The position numbers and the translations under genes are program-made. Under the pieces are notes generated by a model that was given only the letters and a program-made list of their open reading frames with translations, had not been told where the DNA came from and searched no databases. A stretch of DNA of 64,000 bases from positions 2,617 through 66,616 of the forward strand of contig DATBLJ010000018.1 in NCBI GenBank assembly GCA_036555375.1. Direction: 5' to 3'. The stretch is from Candidatus Limnocylindria bacterium (GTDB lineage Bacteria > Chloroflexota > Limnocylindria > QHBO01). The first letter of the stretch is position 1; each line of letters starts with the position of its first letter. This document shows, one piece after another, positions 33,297 through 42,333 of this stretch.

Positions 33297-33734
33297 ATGG
33301 CCGATGACCCGATCCTGGCCGCGGTCGATGCGCTGACCGGACCCTTCCTCGAGAGCGGCCTCGACGAGCTCGAGGTCGAGACCGGCGGGATCACGGTGCG
33401 CCTCGCCCGTCATCGGGCAGCGCCGGCCACGACACCAGCCGCCGCGTCCGGCGCACCGGCCGCGGGCACGCCGTTCGGCGAGCCGGCGCCGGGCCATCGG
33501 TTCATCACCGCTCCGCTGACCGGGATCTGGTACACGGCCCCCTCGCCCGGAGCCAGGGCGTACCTCCAGCTCAACGGCGAGGTGGCCGCCGGCCAGGTGG
33601 TCGGCCTGATCGAGGCCATGAAGCTCTTCAACGAGATCAAGTCGGATGTCGCCGGCACAGTCAGCCGCGTCCTGGCCGACAATGGGGCCCTCGTGAAGCG
33701 CCAGCAGCCCCTGTACGAGATCCGCCTCGCATGA
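33297..33734 (+). CDS. accB: biotin carboxyl carrier protein (bona fide, with biotinyl-Lys)
   Basis: C-terminal biotinyl domain with IEAMKLFNEIKSD; Ala/Pro-rich linker. Confidence 0.9.
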   Translation: MADDPILAAVDALTGPFLESGLDELEVETGGITVRLARHRAAPATTPAAASGAPAAGTPFGEPAPGHRFITAPLTGIWYTAPSPGARAYLQLNGEVAAGQVVGLIEAMKLFNEIKSDVAGTVSRVLADNGALVKRQQPLYEIRLA

Positions 33735-34801
33735 GCCGCGCCGTGATCACCGGATGGGGGATGTACGCCCCATCGCGGGTCATGACCAACGAGGACCTGT
33801 CGAAGATCGTCGACACGTCCGACGAGTGGATCCGGACCCGGACCGGGATCCGCGAACGGCGCATTGCCGCGGACGACGAGACGACGACCACCCTCGCGAC
33901 CAATGCCGGTCGCGACGCCCTCGCGGTCGCGGGTGTCGACCCGGCGGACGTCGACCTCGTCATCGTCGCCACGGCAAGCCCGGACTACCTGATGCCGGCA
34001 ACCGGCGTCCTCGTCGCCCGCGACCTGGGAGCGACCCGGGCGGCGGGCTTCGACCTGAATGCCGCCTGCTCGGGCTTCGTCTTCGGCCTCGCCGCAGGGG
34101 CGAGCTTCGTGACGAGCGGCATGGCGCGCCAGGTGCTCGTCATCGGCGTCGACCTGCTGAGCCGGTACCTCGACTGGACCGACCGGAACACGTGCGTCCT
34201 GTTCGGTGATGGAGCGGGCGCGGTGCTCCTCTCCGCCTCGGACGGACCGGGTGGACTCCTCTCGGTCGAGCTCTACTCGGACGGCACCGGGGAGGAGGGG
34301 ATCATCATCCCCGGCGGCGGGACGGCCCACCCGGCCACCGAGGAGAGCGTCCGCGACCGCCTCCACTTCATGCAGATGGCCGGCAAGGAGGTCTATCGGT
34401 ACGCGACCCGCCAGCTGGCGGACACGACCCAGGCCGCGGTCACCAGGGCGGGCCTGCGGATGGACGACATCGACCTGTTCCTCTACCACCAGGCCAACAT
34501 CCGGATCCTGGAGACCGTCCGCGACCTGCTCCGGATCGACGGCGACAAGGTCCACGTCAACATCGACCGGTACGGGAACACCTCGGCAGCCTCCGTGCCG
34601 ATGGCCCTCGCCGAGGCGGTGGCCGCCGGCCGCGTGAACATCGGCGACCGGATCCTGATGGGCGCCTTCGGCGCCGGCTACACGGCGGGCGCCGCCGTCC
34701 TCGAGTGGACCGCCGATCCGAGCCGCGCGTTCCTCGCGCCGGGCGAGCAGACACGTGCCGGCCAGCCACAGCGCGAGCCGGTCGGCGCGGGCGTCGAGTG
34801 A
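33731..34801 (+). CDS. fabH: 3-oxoacyl-ACP synthase III
   Basis: ATG overlaps the accB stop. FabH motifs (ITGWGMYAPSRVMTNEDL, active-site Cys NAACSGFVF, …HQANIRIL…, …FGAGYTAGAA…). Confidence 0.9.
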   Translation: MSRAVITGWGMYAPSRVMTNEDLSKIVDTSDEWIRTRTGIRERRIAADDETTTTLATNAGRDALAVAGVDPADVDLVIVATASPDYLMPATGVLVARDLGATRAAGFDLNAACSGFVFGLAAGASFVTSGMARQVLVIGVDLLSRYLDWTDRNTCVLFGDGAGAVLLSASDGPGGLLSVELYSDGTGEEGIIIPGGGTAHPATEESVRDRLHFMQMAGKEVYRYATRQLADTTQAAVTRAGLRMDDIDLFLYHQANIRILETVRDLLRIDGDKVHVNIDRYGNTSAASVPMALAEAVAAGRVNIGDRILMGAFGAGYTAGAAVLEWTADPSRAFLAPGEQTRAGQPQREPVGAGVE

Positions 34802-35556
34802 TGTTCGACCTGACCGGACGGGTTGCCCTCGTCACCGGGGCCAGCCGCGGCATCGGCCGTGCGCTGGCGCTGGCCTTCGCCGGGCAGGGCGCCGACGTGG
34901 CGGTCAACTACCGCGAGAGCGCGGACGGGGCGAACGCCGTCGTCGGCGAGATCGAGGCCCTCGGCCGCCGGGCGGTGGCCGTCCAGGGCAGCACCGCCGA
35001 CGGCAAGGACGCCTGCGAGGCGATCGTGACCGCCACCCTCGCGGCGTTCGAGAAGGTCGACATCCTCGTCAACAACGCGGGGATCACCCGTGACGACCTC
35101 ATCATGCGGATGGACCCCGACGACTGGGACGCGGTGATCGCGACGAATCTGTCCGGCCCGTTCTGGATGACCAAGGCCGTGTCCCGGCCGATGATGAAGA
35201 ACCGCCACGGCCGGATCATCAACATGTCGAGCGTCGCCGGACGGATGGGCAACGTCGGCCAGGCGAACTACGTCGCCGCCAAGGCCGGGCTCATCGGCCT
35301 GACCAAGACGACGGCCCGCGAGCTGGCCAGCCGGAACATCACCTGCAACGCCATCGCGCCGGGCCTGGTCGAGACCGACATCCTCACCGGCCTGTCGGAC
35401 GCGGCCCGCGACTACATCATCGGGATCACCCCGCTCGGTGGACTGGCCACGGTCGAGGACGTGGCCGCAGCGGCCGTCTACTTCGCCAGTGACGAGGCCC
35501 GGTTCGTGACCGGGCAGGTGCTCGGCGTCGACGGCGGCATCGTGATGGGGAGCTGA
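34801..35556 (+). CDS. fabG: 3-oxoacyl-ACP reductase
   Basis: ATG overlaps the fabH stop (TGATG). SDR motifs TGASRGIG, NNAG, YxxxK (YVAAKAG). Confidence 0.9.
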   Translation: MFDLTGRVALVTGASRGIGRALALAFAGQGADVAVNYRESADGANAVVGEIEALGRRAVAVQGSTADGKDACEAIVTATLAAFEKVDILVNNAGITRDDLIMRMDPDDWDAVIATNLSGPFWMTKAVSRPMMKNRHGRIINMSSVAGRMGNVGQANYVAAKAGLIGLTKTTARELASRNITCNAIAPGLVETDILTGLSDAARDYIIGITPLGGLATVEDVAAAAVYFASDEARFVTGQVLGVDGGIVMGS

Positions 35557-35648
35557 CCGCAAGGGCCTCCACGTCGCCTGTCTCGGATCTGCAACATCGG
35601 TCGCGAAGCCGCAATGCCGGCGTGCCCACGGTGGGGCACAATCGGCCC

Positions 35649-36068
35649 ATGCTGACACTTCGCCGACTCCTCCAGCCCACCCGCCACGTGGCCGCCCACT
35701 GCGACCTGCCCTGCGGCATCTACGACCCGGAGCAGGCCCGGATCGAGGCTGAATCGTGCCTGCGGATCATCGAGAAGCACGACGCCAGCGAGGACCCGCT
35801 GTTCAAGGGTCGCTGCATCCATATCAAGGAAGAGCGCGCCGAGCTGGTGAAGCACCACCTCGACGTCCTGTGGCACGACTACTTCAAGCCCGAGCACCTC
35901 GAAGCCCACCCCGACCTGCACGACGTGTTCTGGCAGGCCACCAAGCAGGCCTCCAAGGTCAAGCAGACGCTCGACGTCCAGGCGGCCAAGGACCTGCTCG
36001 CCGCCATCGACCGGATCGACGAGATCTGGAAGGCGACCGGCGGTCCCGAGAAGACGCGCGTCCAGTAA
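35649..36068 (+). CDS. sodN: nickel-containing superoxide dismutase precursor
   Basis: Ni-hook HCDLPCGIYDP follows a 16-aa propeptide (MLTLRRLLQPTRHVAA). An alternative GTG start at 35622 would give a 25-aa propeptide. Confidence 0.9.
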   Translation: MLTLRRLLQPTRHVAAHCDLPCGIYDPEQARIEAESCLRIIEKHDASEDPLFKGRCIHIKEERAELVKHHLDVLWHDYFKPEHLEAHPDLHDVFWQATKQASKVKQTLDVQAAKDLLAAIDRIDEIWKATGGPEKTRVQ

Positions 36069-36093
36069 TCGGGCTCGCCTGACGGCCTGACCG

Positions 36094-36492
36094 ATGCGGA
36101 CCGGCGCCGGGTTCGGCCTGGGCTTCGTGCTCGGCCTTGCCGTCGCCTGGGCGCTCGGTCGGCTGCTCCGTGACCTCGACGCGGTCGTCGTCGACGGCCG
36201 CTCGATGGCGCCGGCCCTCGAGCCCGGCGACCGGCTGCTCGTGGAGTCGTGGACGTACCGGCGTCGCGCCCCACGCCCTGGGGAGATCGTGCTGGCCGGC
36301 GATCCGCGGACGCCCCGCCGCGAGCTCGTGAAGCGGGTCGCCGCCCTCCAGGACGACCGGGTCGCGCTCCGCGGCGACGCGCGGCTGAGCACCGACTCGC
36401 GGATCTTCGGACCGCTGCCCGTCTCCGCCATCCGGTGGCGGGCGATCGTTCGCTACTGGCCGATCGAACGGGCCGCCTGGCTCAGCCGCTGA
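36094..36492 (+). CDS. sodX: S26 signal-peptidase-like NiSOD maturation protease
   Basis: 132 aa. TM anchor, then S26 catalytic Ser region (VVDGRSMAPALEPGDRLL) and …ELVKRV…GD… motif. Immediately downstream of sodN. Confidence 0.8.
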   Translation: MRTGAGFGLGFVLGLAVAWALGRLLRDLDAVVVDGRSMAPALEPGDRLLVESWTYRRRAPRPGEIVLAGDPRTPRRELVKRVAALQDDRVALRGDARLSTDSRIFGPLPVSAIRWRAIVRYWPIERAAWLSR

Positions 36493-36871
36493 GGGCGACC
36501 ACCGCCTCCGCGCAGCCGGGGATGTCGCCGGGCAGCATCACGACGCCCACGCCGGCCTCGGCCCCGACCAGCCACTCGGCGCCCGGTCCCGGCCGCACGG
36601 CGATCCGTGCCGCGGCCGCCCGTTCGCGAACGAAGGTGACGACCGGGCCGAGGCCGGCATCACCGGATTCCGGCCGGATGGCGCCCGTGTCGATCACCAC
36701 CAGGTTCGGCGCTCGGAGGATGAGCGCCTGGTGGAGGCGCGCCGCGTCGTTGTAGAAGAAGACGAGCACTCCGACCAGCTGCTCGTCGAGCACCGCCGCG
36801 AGCTCGTGATCGCGGGTCAGGCAGTAGACGATCGGCTCGAGCTGGCCGCCCCGCCGCGGAGGAGTGCCCAC
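36482..36871 (-). CDS. hypothetical protein (129 aa, no recognisable domain)
   Basis: Near-uniform G/C at third codon positions on the minus frame; GTG start. The 3' end overlaps the convergent sodX end by 11 nt. Confidence 0.45.
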   Translation of the reverse strand: MGTPPRRGGQLEPIVYCLTRDHELAAVLDEQLVGVLVFFYNDAARLHQALILRAPNLVVIDTGAIRPESGDAGLGPVVTFVRERAAAARIAVRPGPGAEWLVGAEAGVGVVMLPGDIPGCAEAVVALSG

Positions 36872-37082
36872 CGGCAGAGCGTATCATCGGCCTCCGATGC
36901 ACCGACACGCACGCTGGATGCTCGTCCTGGCCGCGTTCGCGGCCTCGGTCGGGGTCGTGACCGTGGTCGACCAGGGCTCCCACTCGGTCAGCGACACGCT
37001 GTACGGGAGCCTCGTCTACCTCGTCCTGATCTGGCTCCTGGCCGGCGTCGCGCTCCTCGTCCTGATGCGGCGCGAGGCATGA
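36864..37082 (+). CDS. small two-TM membrane protein, hypothetical (start may be ATG 36897 or 36915)
   Basis: High GC3 from about 36915; two hydrophobic helices. Stop overlaps the deoC start (ATGA). Confidence 0.4.
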   Translation: MPTGRAYHRPPMHRHARWMLVLAAFAASVGVVTVVDQGSHSVSDTLYGSLVYLVLIWLLAGVALLVLMRREA

Positions 37083-38059
37083 CTACCACCCGCCCGGCCC
37101 GGACCTCAGCGAAGCCCGCCCGCCGCCGGACGGCGGCCCTGTCCGCACCCCGCCACCAGGCGCTCGGCAACCTGCTGGGCCGGGTCTGGCCGGTCGACCA
37201 GGTAGGGATCGAGGAGCGGGCGGCGATGCTCGCCAAGCGCTCGATCAAGCGCGAGTCGAAGCTGTGGGCCCTCGACCTGGCGATCCGGATGATGGACCTC
37301 ACCACGCTCGAGGGGAAGGACACGCCCGGCAAGGTCAGGGCCCTGGCCGGCAAGGCGGTCCGCCCCGACCCGACCGACCCGAGCATCCCGAGCGTGGCCG
37401 CGCTGTGCGTCTACCCGAACATGATCGCCACTGCCCGGGCGGCGCTCGCCGGGTCGACCGTGAAGGTCGCCTCGGTGGCCACCTACTTCCCGTCGGGCCA
37501 GGCCCCGCTCGTGGTCAAGCTCGAGGACGTCCGCCAGGCGGTGGCGCTCGGCGCCGACGAGATCGACATGGTCATCGACCGCGGGGCGTTCCTGGCCGGC
37601 GACTACGGGAAGGTCTACGACGAGGTCGTGGCGGTCAAGGACGCCGCCGCCCCGGCCCACCTGAAGGTCATCCTCGAGACCGGGGAGCTGGAGACCTACG
37701 ACAACGTCCGGCGCGCCTCCGTGCTGGCCATGGCCGCCGGCGCGGACTTCATCAAGACCTCGACCGGCAAGGTCCAGCCCGCGTCCACGCTCCCCGTGAC
37801 CCTGGTCATGCTCGAGGCGATCCGCGACTTCCACGCCCAGACCGGCCGCGCGGTCGGGATGAAGCCGGCCGGCGGGATCCGGACCTCGAAGGAGGCGATC
37901 GCCTACCTGACCGTCCTGTACGAGACGCTGGGCCCGGACTGGATGACGCCCGACCGATTCCGGTTCGGCGCCTCCACCCTGCTCAACGACGTGCTCATGC
38001 AGATCCGCAAGGAGCGCACCGGCCGCTACAGCGGCGGCGACTACTTCACGATCGACTGA
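37079..38059 (+). CDS. deoC: deoxyribose-phosphate aldolase (long actinobacterial form)
   Basis: ATG 37079 (MTTTRPARTS…). DeoC core (…VAALCVYPNMI…, …DEIDMVI…, Schiff-base lysine region FIKTSTGK). Confidence 0.85.
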   Translation: MTTTRPARTSAKPARRRTAALSAPRHQALGNLLGRVWPVDQVGIEERAAMLAKRSIKRESKLWALDLAIRMMDLTTLEGKDTPGKVRALAGKAVRPDPTDPSIPSVAALCVYPNMIATARAALAGSTVKVASVATYFPSGQAPLVVKLEDVRQAVALGADEIDMVIDRGAFLAGDYGKVYDEVVAVKDAAAPAHLKVILETGELETYDNVRRASVLAMAAGADFIKTSTGKVQPASTLPVTLVMLEAIRDFHAQTGRAVGMKPAGGIRTSKEAIAYLTVLYETLGPDWMTPDRFRFGASTLLNDVLMQIRKERTGRYSGGDYFTID

Positions 38060-38074
38060 CCGATCCGTCCTCGC

Positions 38075-38530
38075 TCAGTCGCCGCCCCGGCGCAGCGTCC
38101 CGGCCAGGTGGCGCACCGGCTCGGTCATGTCCCCGGCCGCCATCGCGTACTCGTAGGACAGCGCGACGCCGTCGATCCGGTACCAGCGCCGGCTGGCGGT
38201 CACCGGTTTGACGTCATCGGCTGCCGAGGTGGCCGTCGCCGCCAGCTGGACCAGGCCGTCGCGCACGGTCCCGGCCGACACCTCGTTCCTGCGGGCCTGG
38301 GCGATCGACGCCACGACCGCGTCATCACCGGTGGCCCGCCAGATCCCGGCCTCCGCGTGGAGGACCGTGCCGCGCTCCGGGTCCCACGCGCGCTGGAAGT
38401 AGGCGACGTCTCCACCCAGGTCCTCGAAGCGGATCTCCTCCTCATAGGCGAAGGCGGGCATGCCGGGGAAGGTGCCCTCCCCGTGGCCACGCCAGGTGCC
38501 CACCAGCGGCTCGAACAGTGGGTGCGCCAT
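38075..38530 (-). CDS. nitrobindin-like / FABP-family heme-binding beta-barrel protein (DUF1794)
   Basis: N-terminal LFEPLVGTWRGHGEG motif; C-terminal YRIDGVALSYEY; 151 aa. Confidence 0.65.
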   Translation of the reverse strand: MAHPLFEPLVGTWRGHGEGTFPGMPAFAYEEEIRFEDLGGDVAYFQRAWDPERGTVLHAEAGIWRATGDDAVVASIAQARRNEVSAGTVRDGLVQLAATATSAADDVKPVTASRRWYRIDGVALSYEYAMAAGDMTEPVRHLAGTLRRGGD

Positions 38531-38617
38531 GTCGGGAGCCTAGCAGCGCCGCCCGTGGTCCGGCCGTACCCTGTGGGCGTGCCTCACGGATCGGATCGGC
38601 GTCGCGTTTCAGACCAT

Positions 38618-39097
38618 GTGAGCCTGCCGCCATTCCAGACCCTGGTCGACGCCCACAGCGTGGAGCTGCATCGGTTCCTGGTTGGCTGCGTCGGGCCGGA
38701 CGCGGCCGAGGACTGCCTCCAGGAGACCTTCATTGCCGCCCTCCGCGCGTACCCCCGGCTCCGGCACGCGGACAACCTCCGCGCCTGGCTGTACACGATC
38801 GCCCACCGCAAGGCCACCGACACGGTCCGGACCTGGTCGCGCCGTCCGTCCACGGTCGGGCTCGACGGGATGAGCCCCGCGGCCGAACCGCGGACCGCCC
38901 CGCTGCCGCTCCCCGAGGACGGGCTGTGGAGCGCGGTCCGCGAGCTGCCCGCCAAGCAGCGCACGGCCGTCGTCCATCGGTACGTGCTCGACCTCGACTA
39001 CGCCCAGATCGCCGACCGGATGGGGATCAGCCCCGAGGCGGCTCGACAGAACGTGAGCGCCGGGCTGCGCCGGCTCCGGACGGAGGTGGACCGATGA
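38618..39097 (+). CDS. sigma-70 family (ECF-like) RNA polymerase sigma factor
   Basis: Region 2 (HRFLVGCVG…ETFIAALRAYPRLRHADNLRAWLYTIAHRKATD) and region 4 (LPAKQRTAVVHRYVLDLDYAQIADRMGISPEAAR). Start GTG 38618 is tentative. Confidence 0.75.
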   Translation: MSLPPFQTLVDAHSVELHRFLVGCVGPDAAEDCLQETFIAALRAYPRLRHADNLRAWLYTIAHRKATDTVRTWSRRPSTVGLDGMSPAAEPRTAPLPLPEDGLWSAVRELPAKQRTAVVHRYVLDLDYAQIADRMGISPEAARQNVSAGLRRLRTEVDR

Positions 39098-39702
39098 CCG
39101 ATCTCGAGCGGCGGCTGCAACGCCCCGCGACGCCCGACGTCGACCCGGCGGCGGTGACCGCGCGGCTCGCCGCCCGTGCCGACGCCGCAGGCCTGCTCGA
39201 TGTCGCGTGGGCCACGCTCGATACACCGCTCGGACCGATCGCCGTGTTCGTGACCCCGCGCGGCCTGGTTCGGGTCGCGTACGACCGCGAGAACTTCGGC
39301 CAGGTCGCGGAGGAGGTCGCCGAGCAGGTCTCGCCCCGGGTCCTGGTCGCCCCCCGGCGAACCGATCCGGTCCGCGCGCAGCTGGACGAGTACTTCGGGG
39401 AGCGCCGTCACCGCTTCGACCTCCAGATCGACTGGACTCTCGTCCGTGGCTTCAATCAGGATGTCCTGCGGGCCACGGCCGAGATCCCGTTCGGCGAGAC
39501 GGCCAGCTACGGCGAGATGGCCGCCGCCGCCGGCTCACCGCGTGCCGCGCGAGCCGCGGGCAATGCCCTCGCCGGCAACCCGATCCCGATCGTCGTGCCC
39601 TGTCACCGGGTCATCCACGCGGACGGGGGAATCGGCGGCTACACCGGCGGCCTGGAGCACAAGCGGTTCCTGCTGCGCCTCGAGGGCATCGCGCCCGCCT
39701 GA
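39094..39702 (+). CDS. ogt: methylated-DNA--protein-cysteine methyltransferase
   Basis: ATG overlaps the sigma-factor stop (ATGA). Active site IVVPCHRVI; HTH …TASYGEMAAAAGSPRAARAAGNALAGNP…. Confidence 0.9.
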   Translation: MTDLERRLQRPATPDVDPAAVTARLAARADAAGLLDVAWATLDTPLGPIAVFVTPRGLVRVAYDRENFGQVAEEVAEQVSPRVLVAPRRTDPVRAQLDEYFGERRHRFDLQIDWTLVRGFNQDVLRATAEIPFGETASYGEMAAAAGSPRAARAAGNALAGNPIPIVVPCHRVIHADGGIGGYTGGLEHKRFLLRLEGIAPA

Positions 39703-39708
39703 GAGCCG

Positions 39709-40677
39709 TCAGGGGACCGACACGTAGGGCGGCTGGAATGGCGCCTCATCCGCGCAGGTCGGGAAACCGTCCACCGTCCGTGGGCTCAGGTACAGGCCGA
39801 CCCACCCGCCATCGGTGGCGAGGTCGACCCGTCGGCTGACATCGGTTGGCGCCCCGACCTCGGTGAGACTCGCCTCCAGGTCTGCGGCCTGCGGCGGCTC
39901 GAGGTATCCACATCGTCCCAGGCTGAGATCGGTCGCGACGACCTCTCCGAAAGATTCGATGGGCCCGTCGAACGGCCACGTCACGCCGGCAGCCGAGGGC
40001 AGTCCCTCGGGTGCCGTTTCCGACCAGACGGTTACCCACAGCAGGTAGCCCTCGGCCTGGAAGGGAGCCGACTCCGTCTCCACCCAGCCATCCGCGGTGA
40101 CCCAGGAAGCGGGGTCCGCCAGGAGATGCGCCAGGCGATCGAGCTCCTCGCGCTCAGGTGAGGGGACGAAATAGAGGGGCTCCGCCTCGTCCAACCAGAC
40201 GCCCGACCTCACGACGATGGGCTCGGGCTGCTCTCCGATGACGAACGTCCACGTACCGGAGATCCCGATGGGCGCCTGCTCCGGCGGCACGGCGAGCACC
40301 CATGGGTAGTCGGCGCTGTCCTGCAGCAGCGGCGAGCTGAGGATCGTCGCTTCGACCTGCTCCAGGCCTGCGGCGGTCAGCGTCCGAGTGGACCACGGCT
40401 GGCCGCCCTCGACCACCCGACCGTCGGACAGGATCTCCACGCGGAGGCTGAGGGCGGGCGGGTTGTGAATCTCGCTCGTCAGCCGGACCAGCAGCGAGGC
40501 AGGCGCCTCGGTCGGCTCGGCGCTCGCCGAGGTGCTGGCGGCCGGGCTGGATGACGGCAGGTCATTGGGCGTGGCCGATGGAGCGCCCGAGCCGGACGGC
40601 TGGCAGGCCAACGCGAGAACGGCCGTTCCCGCGACCAGGAGCCCCGGCCATCGAATGCTGAGCCGCTTGCCAGGCAC
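39709..40677 (-). CDS. secreted lipoprotein, hypothetical
   Basis: Signal peptide plus lipobox (LLVAGTAVLALAC), Ser/Pro-rich linker; 322 aa; no recognised domain. Confidence 0.6.
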   Translation of the reverse strand: MPGKRLSIRWPGLLVAGTAVLALACQPSGSGAPSATPNDLPSSSPAASTSASAEPTEAPASLLVRLTSEIHNPPALSLRVEILSDGRVVEGGQPWSTRTLTAAGLEQVEATILSSPLLQDSADYPWVLAVPPEQAPIGISGTWTFVIGEQPEPIVVRSGVWLDEAEPLYFVPSPEREELDRLAHLLADPASWVTADGWVETESAPFQAEGYLLWVTVWSETAPEGLPSAAGVTWPFDGPIESFGEVVATDLSLGRCGYLEPPQAADLEASLTEVGAPTDVSRRVDLATDGGWVGLYLSPRTVDGFPTCADEAPFQPPYVSVP

Positions 40678-40818
40678 GTGCAGACCTTCCTTCCCATGCC
40701 CCCACGGTCAGGTTTGCGGATCGGTTCGGCACGCGCCAGTGCCGGACGGCTCCGAATCAGGTGCCCACTGGCCCGCGGACGGCGCCGCTCGTGACGTTCC
40801 AGTCCATAATCCGAGGCC

Positions 40819-42330
40819 ATGGCGCTGACCCGGAAGCCGGAGACGAAGCCCGCCGCCGCCTCGTGGGGCATGGCGGCGCGGAAGATCCCCTGGGAGTACG
40901 CGGCCGCCCCCGAGTCGACCGATCACGTCCGGATCGAGTCCGAGTACGGGCTGTTCATCGACAACGCGTTCCGCTCGTCGCGCCCGAAGGCCACGTTCGA
41001 CGTCATCAACCCCGCCACCGAGGAGGTCCTCGCCCGGGTGGCCCGTGCCTCGAAGGCTGACGTCAACCGGGCGGTGAGCGCCGCGCGCCGGGCCCACGAC
41101 ACGGTCTGGTCCCGCATGCCGGGCAGCGAGCGAGCGAAGTACCTCTACCGGATCGCCCGGATCATGCAGGAGCGGGCCCGCGAGTTCGCGGTGGTCGAGA
41201 CGATGAACAGCGGCAAGCCGATCAAGGAGAGCCGCGACGTCGACGTCCCGCTGGCGGCGGCCCACTTCTTCTACTACGCCGGCTGGGCCGACAAGCTCGA
41301 GTACGCGTTCCCGAACCGGCGCCCCTCGTCGCTGGGGGTCGCCGCCCAGGTCATCCCCTGGAACTTCCCGCTCCTGATGCTGGCCTGGAAGATCGCCCCG
41401 GCGCTGGCCTGCGGCAACACGGTCGTCCTCAAGCCCGCCTCCACGACCCCGCTGACCGCGTACCTGTTCGCCGACGTCGTGCGCCAGGCGGAGCTCCCGC
41501 CGGGGGTGGTGAACATCATCACCGGTCCGGGCGAGATCGGGATGGAGCTCGTCCGCCACCCGGAGGTCGACAAGGTCGCCTTCACCGGCTCGACCGCGGT
41601 TGGCAAGCTCATCGCCCGCGCCGTGGCCGGTACCCACAAGAAGGTGACCCTCGAGCTCGGCGGCAAGGCCGCGAACATCGTGTTCGACGACGCTCCGATC
41701 GACCAGGCGATCGAGGGGATCATCAACGGCATCTACTTCAACCAGGGCGAGGTGTGCTGCGCCGGCTCGCGGCTGTTCGTCCAGGAGTCGGTCTACGAGC
41801 CCCTCCTCGACAAGCTCAAGGACCGCCTGTCCACGCTCCGGGTCGGTGACCCGCTCGACAAGAACACCGATGTCGGGGCGATCAACTCGGCCGGCCAGCT
41901 GGCGAAGATCGCCGAGCTGGTCGAGGCCGGCATCGCCGAGGGGGCCGAGATCTTCCAGCCCGACTGCGAGCTGCCAACCCGCGGCTTCTTCTTCCGCCCC
42001 ACGCTGTTCACCGGCGTCTCGCAGAGCCATCGGATCGCCCAGGAGGAGATCTTCGGACCCGTCCTGTCGGTGCTGACTTTCCGCACCCCGGAGGAGGCGG
42101 TCGAGAAGGCGAACAACACCCCGTATGGCCTGTCGGCCGGGGTGTGGACCGAGAAGGGGAGCCGGATCTTCAAGATGGTCGGCGCCATGAAGGCCGGCGT
42201 CGTGTGGGCCAACACCTTCAACCGGTTCGACCCCACGTCGCCGTTCGGCGGTTACAAGGAGTCCGGCTACGGCCGCGAGGGCGGGCTCCATGGCCTGGCC
42301 GCCTACCTGCGCCTGGACGGGGCCGCCTGA
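40819..42330 (+). CDS. aldehyde dehydrogenase family protein (full length)
   Basis: 503 aa; ALDH motifs (VIPWNFPLLMLAWKIAPALACGNTVVLKPA, catalytic ELGGKA…, GQ-CCAGSRLFV). Confidence 0.9.
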   Translation: MALTRKPETKPAAASWGMAARKIPWEYAAAPESTDHVRIESEYGLFIDNAFRSSRPKATFDVINPATEEVLARVARASKADVNRAVSAARRAHDTVWSRMPGSERAKYLYRIARIMQERAREFAVVETMNSGKPIKESRDVDVPLAAAHFFYYAGWADKLEYAFPNRRPSSLGVAAQVIPWNFPLLMLAWKIAPALACGNTVVLKPASTTPLTAYLFADVVRQAELPPGVVNIITGPGEIGMELVRHPEVDKVAFTGSTAVGKLIARAVAGTHKKVTLELGGKAANIVFDDAPIDQAIEGIINGIYFNQGEVCCAGSRLFVQESVYEPLLDKLKDRLSTLRVGDPLDKNTDVGAINSAGQLAKIAELVEAGIAEGAEIFQPDCELPTRGFFFRPTLFTGVSQSHRIAQEEIFGPVLSVLTFRTPEEAVEKANNTPYGLSAGVWTEKGSRIFKMVGAMKAGVVWANTFNRFDPTSPFGGYKESGYGREGGLHGLAAYLRLDGAA

Positions 42331-42333
42331 CCG

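Noticed and set aside
36731-37078. Upstream extension of the deoC ORF
   Set aside because: DeoC homology and an ATGA-coupled ATG begin at 37079. The extension overlaps two other genes.
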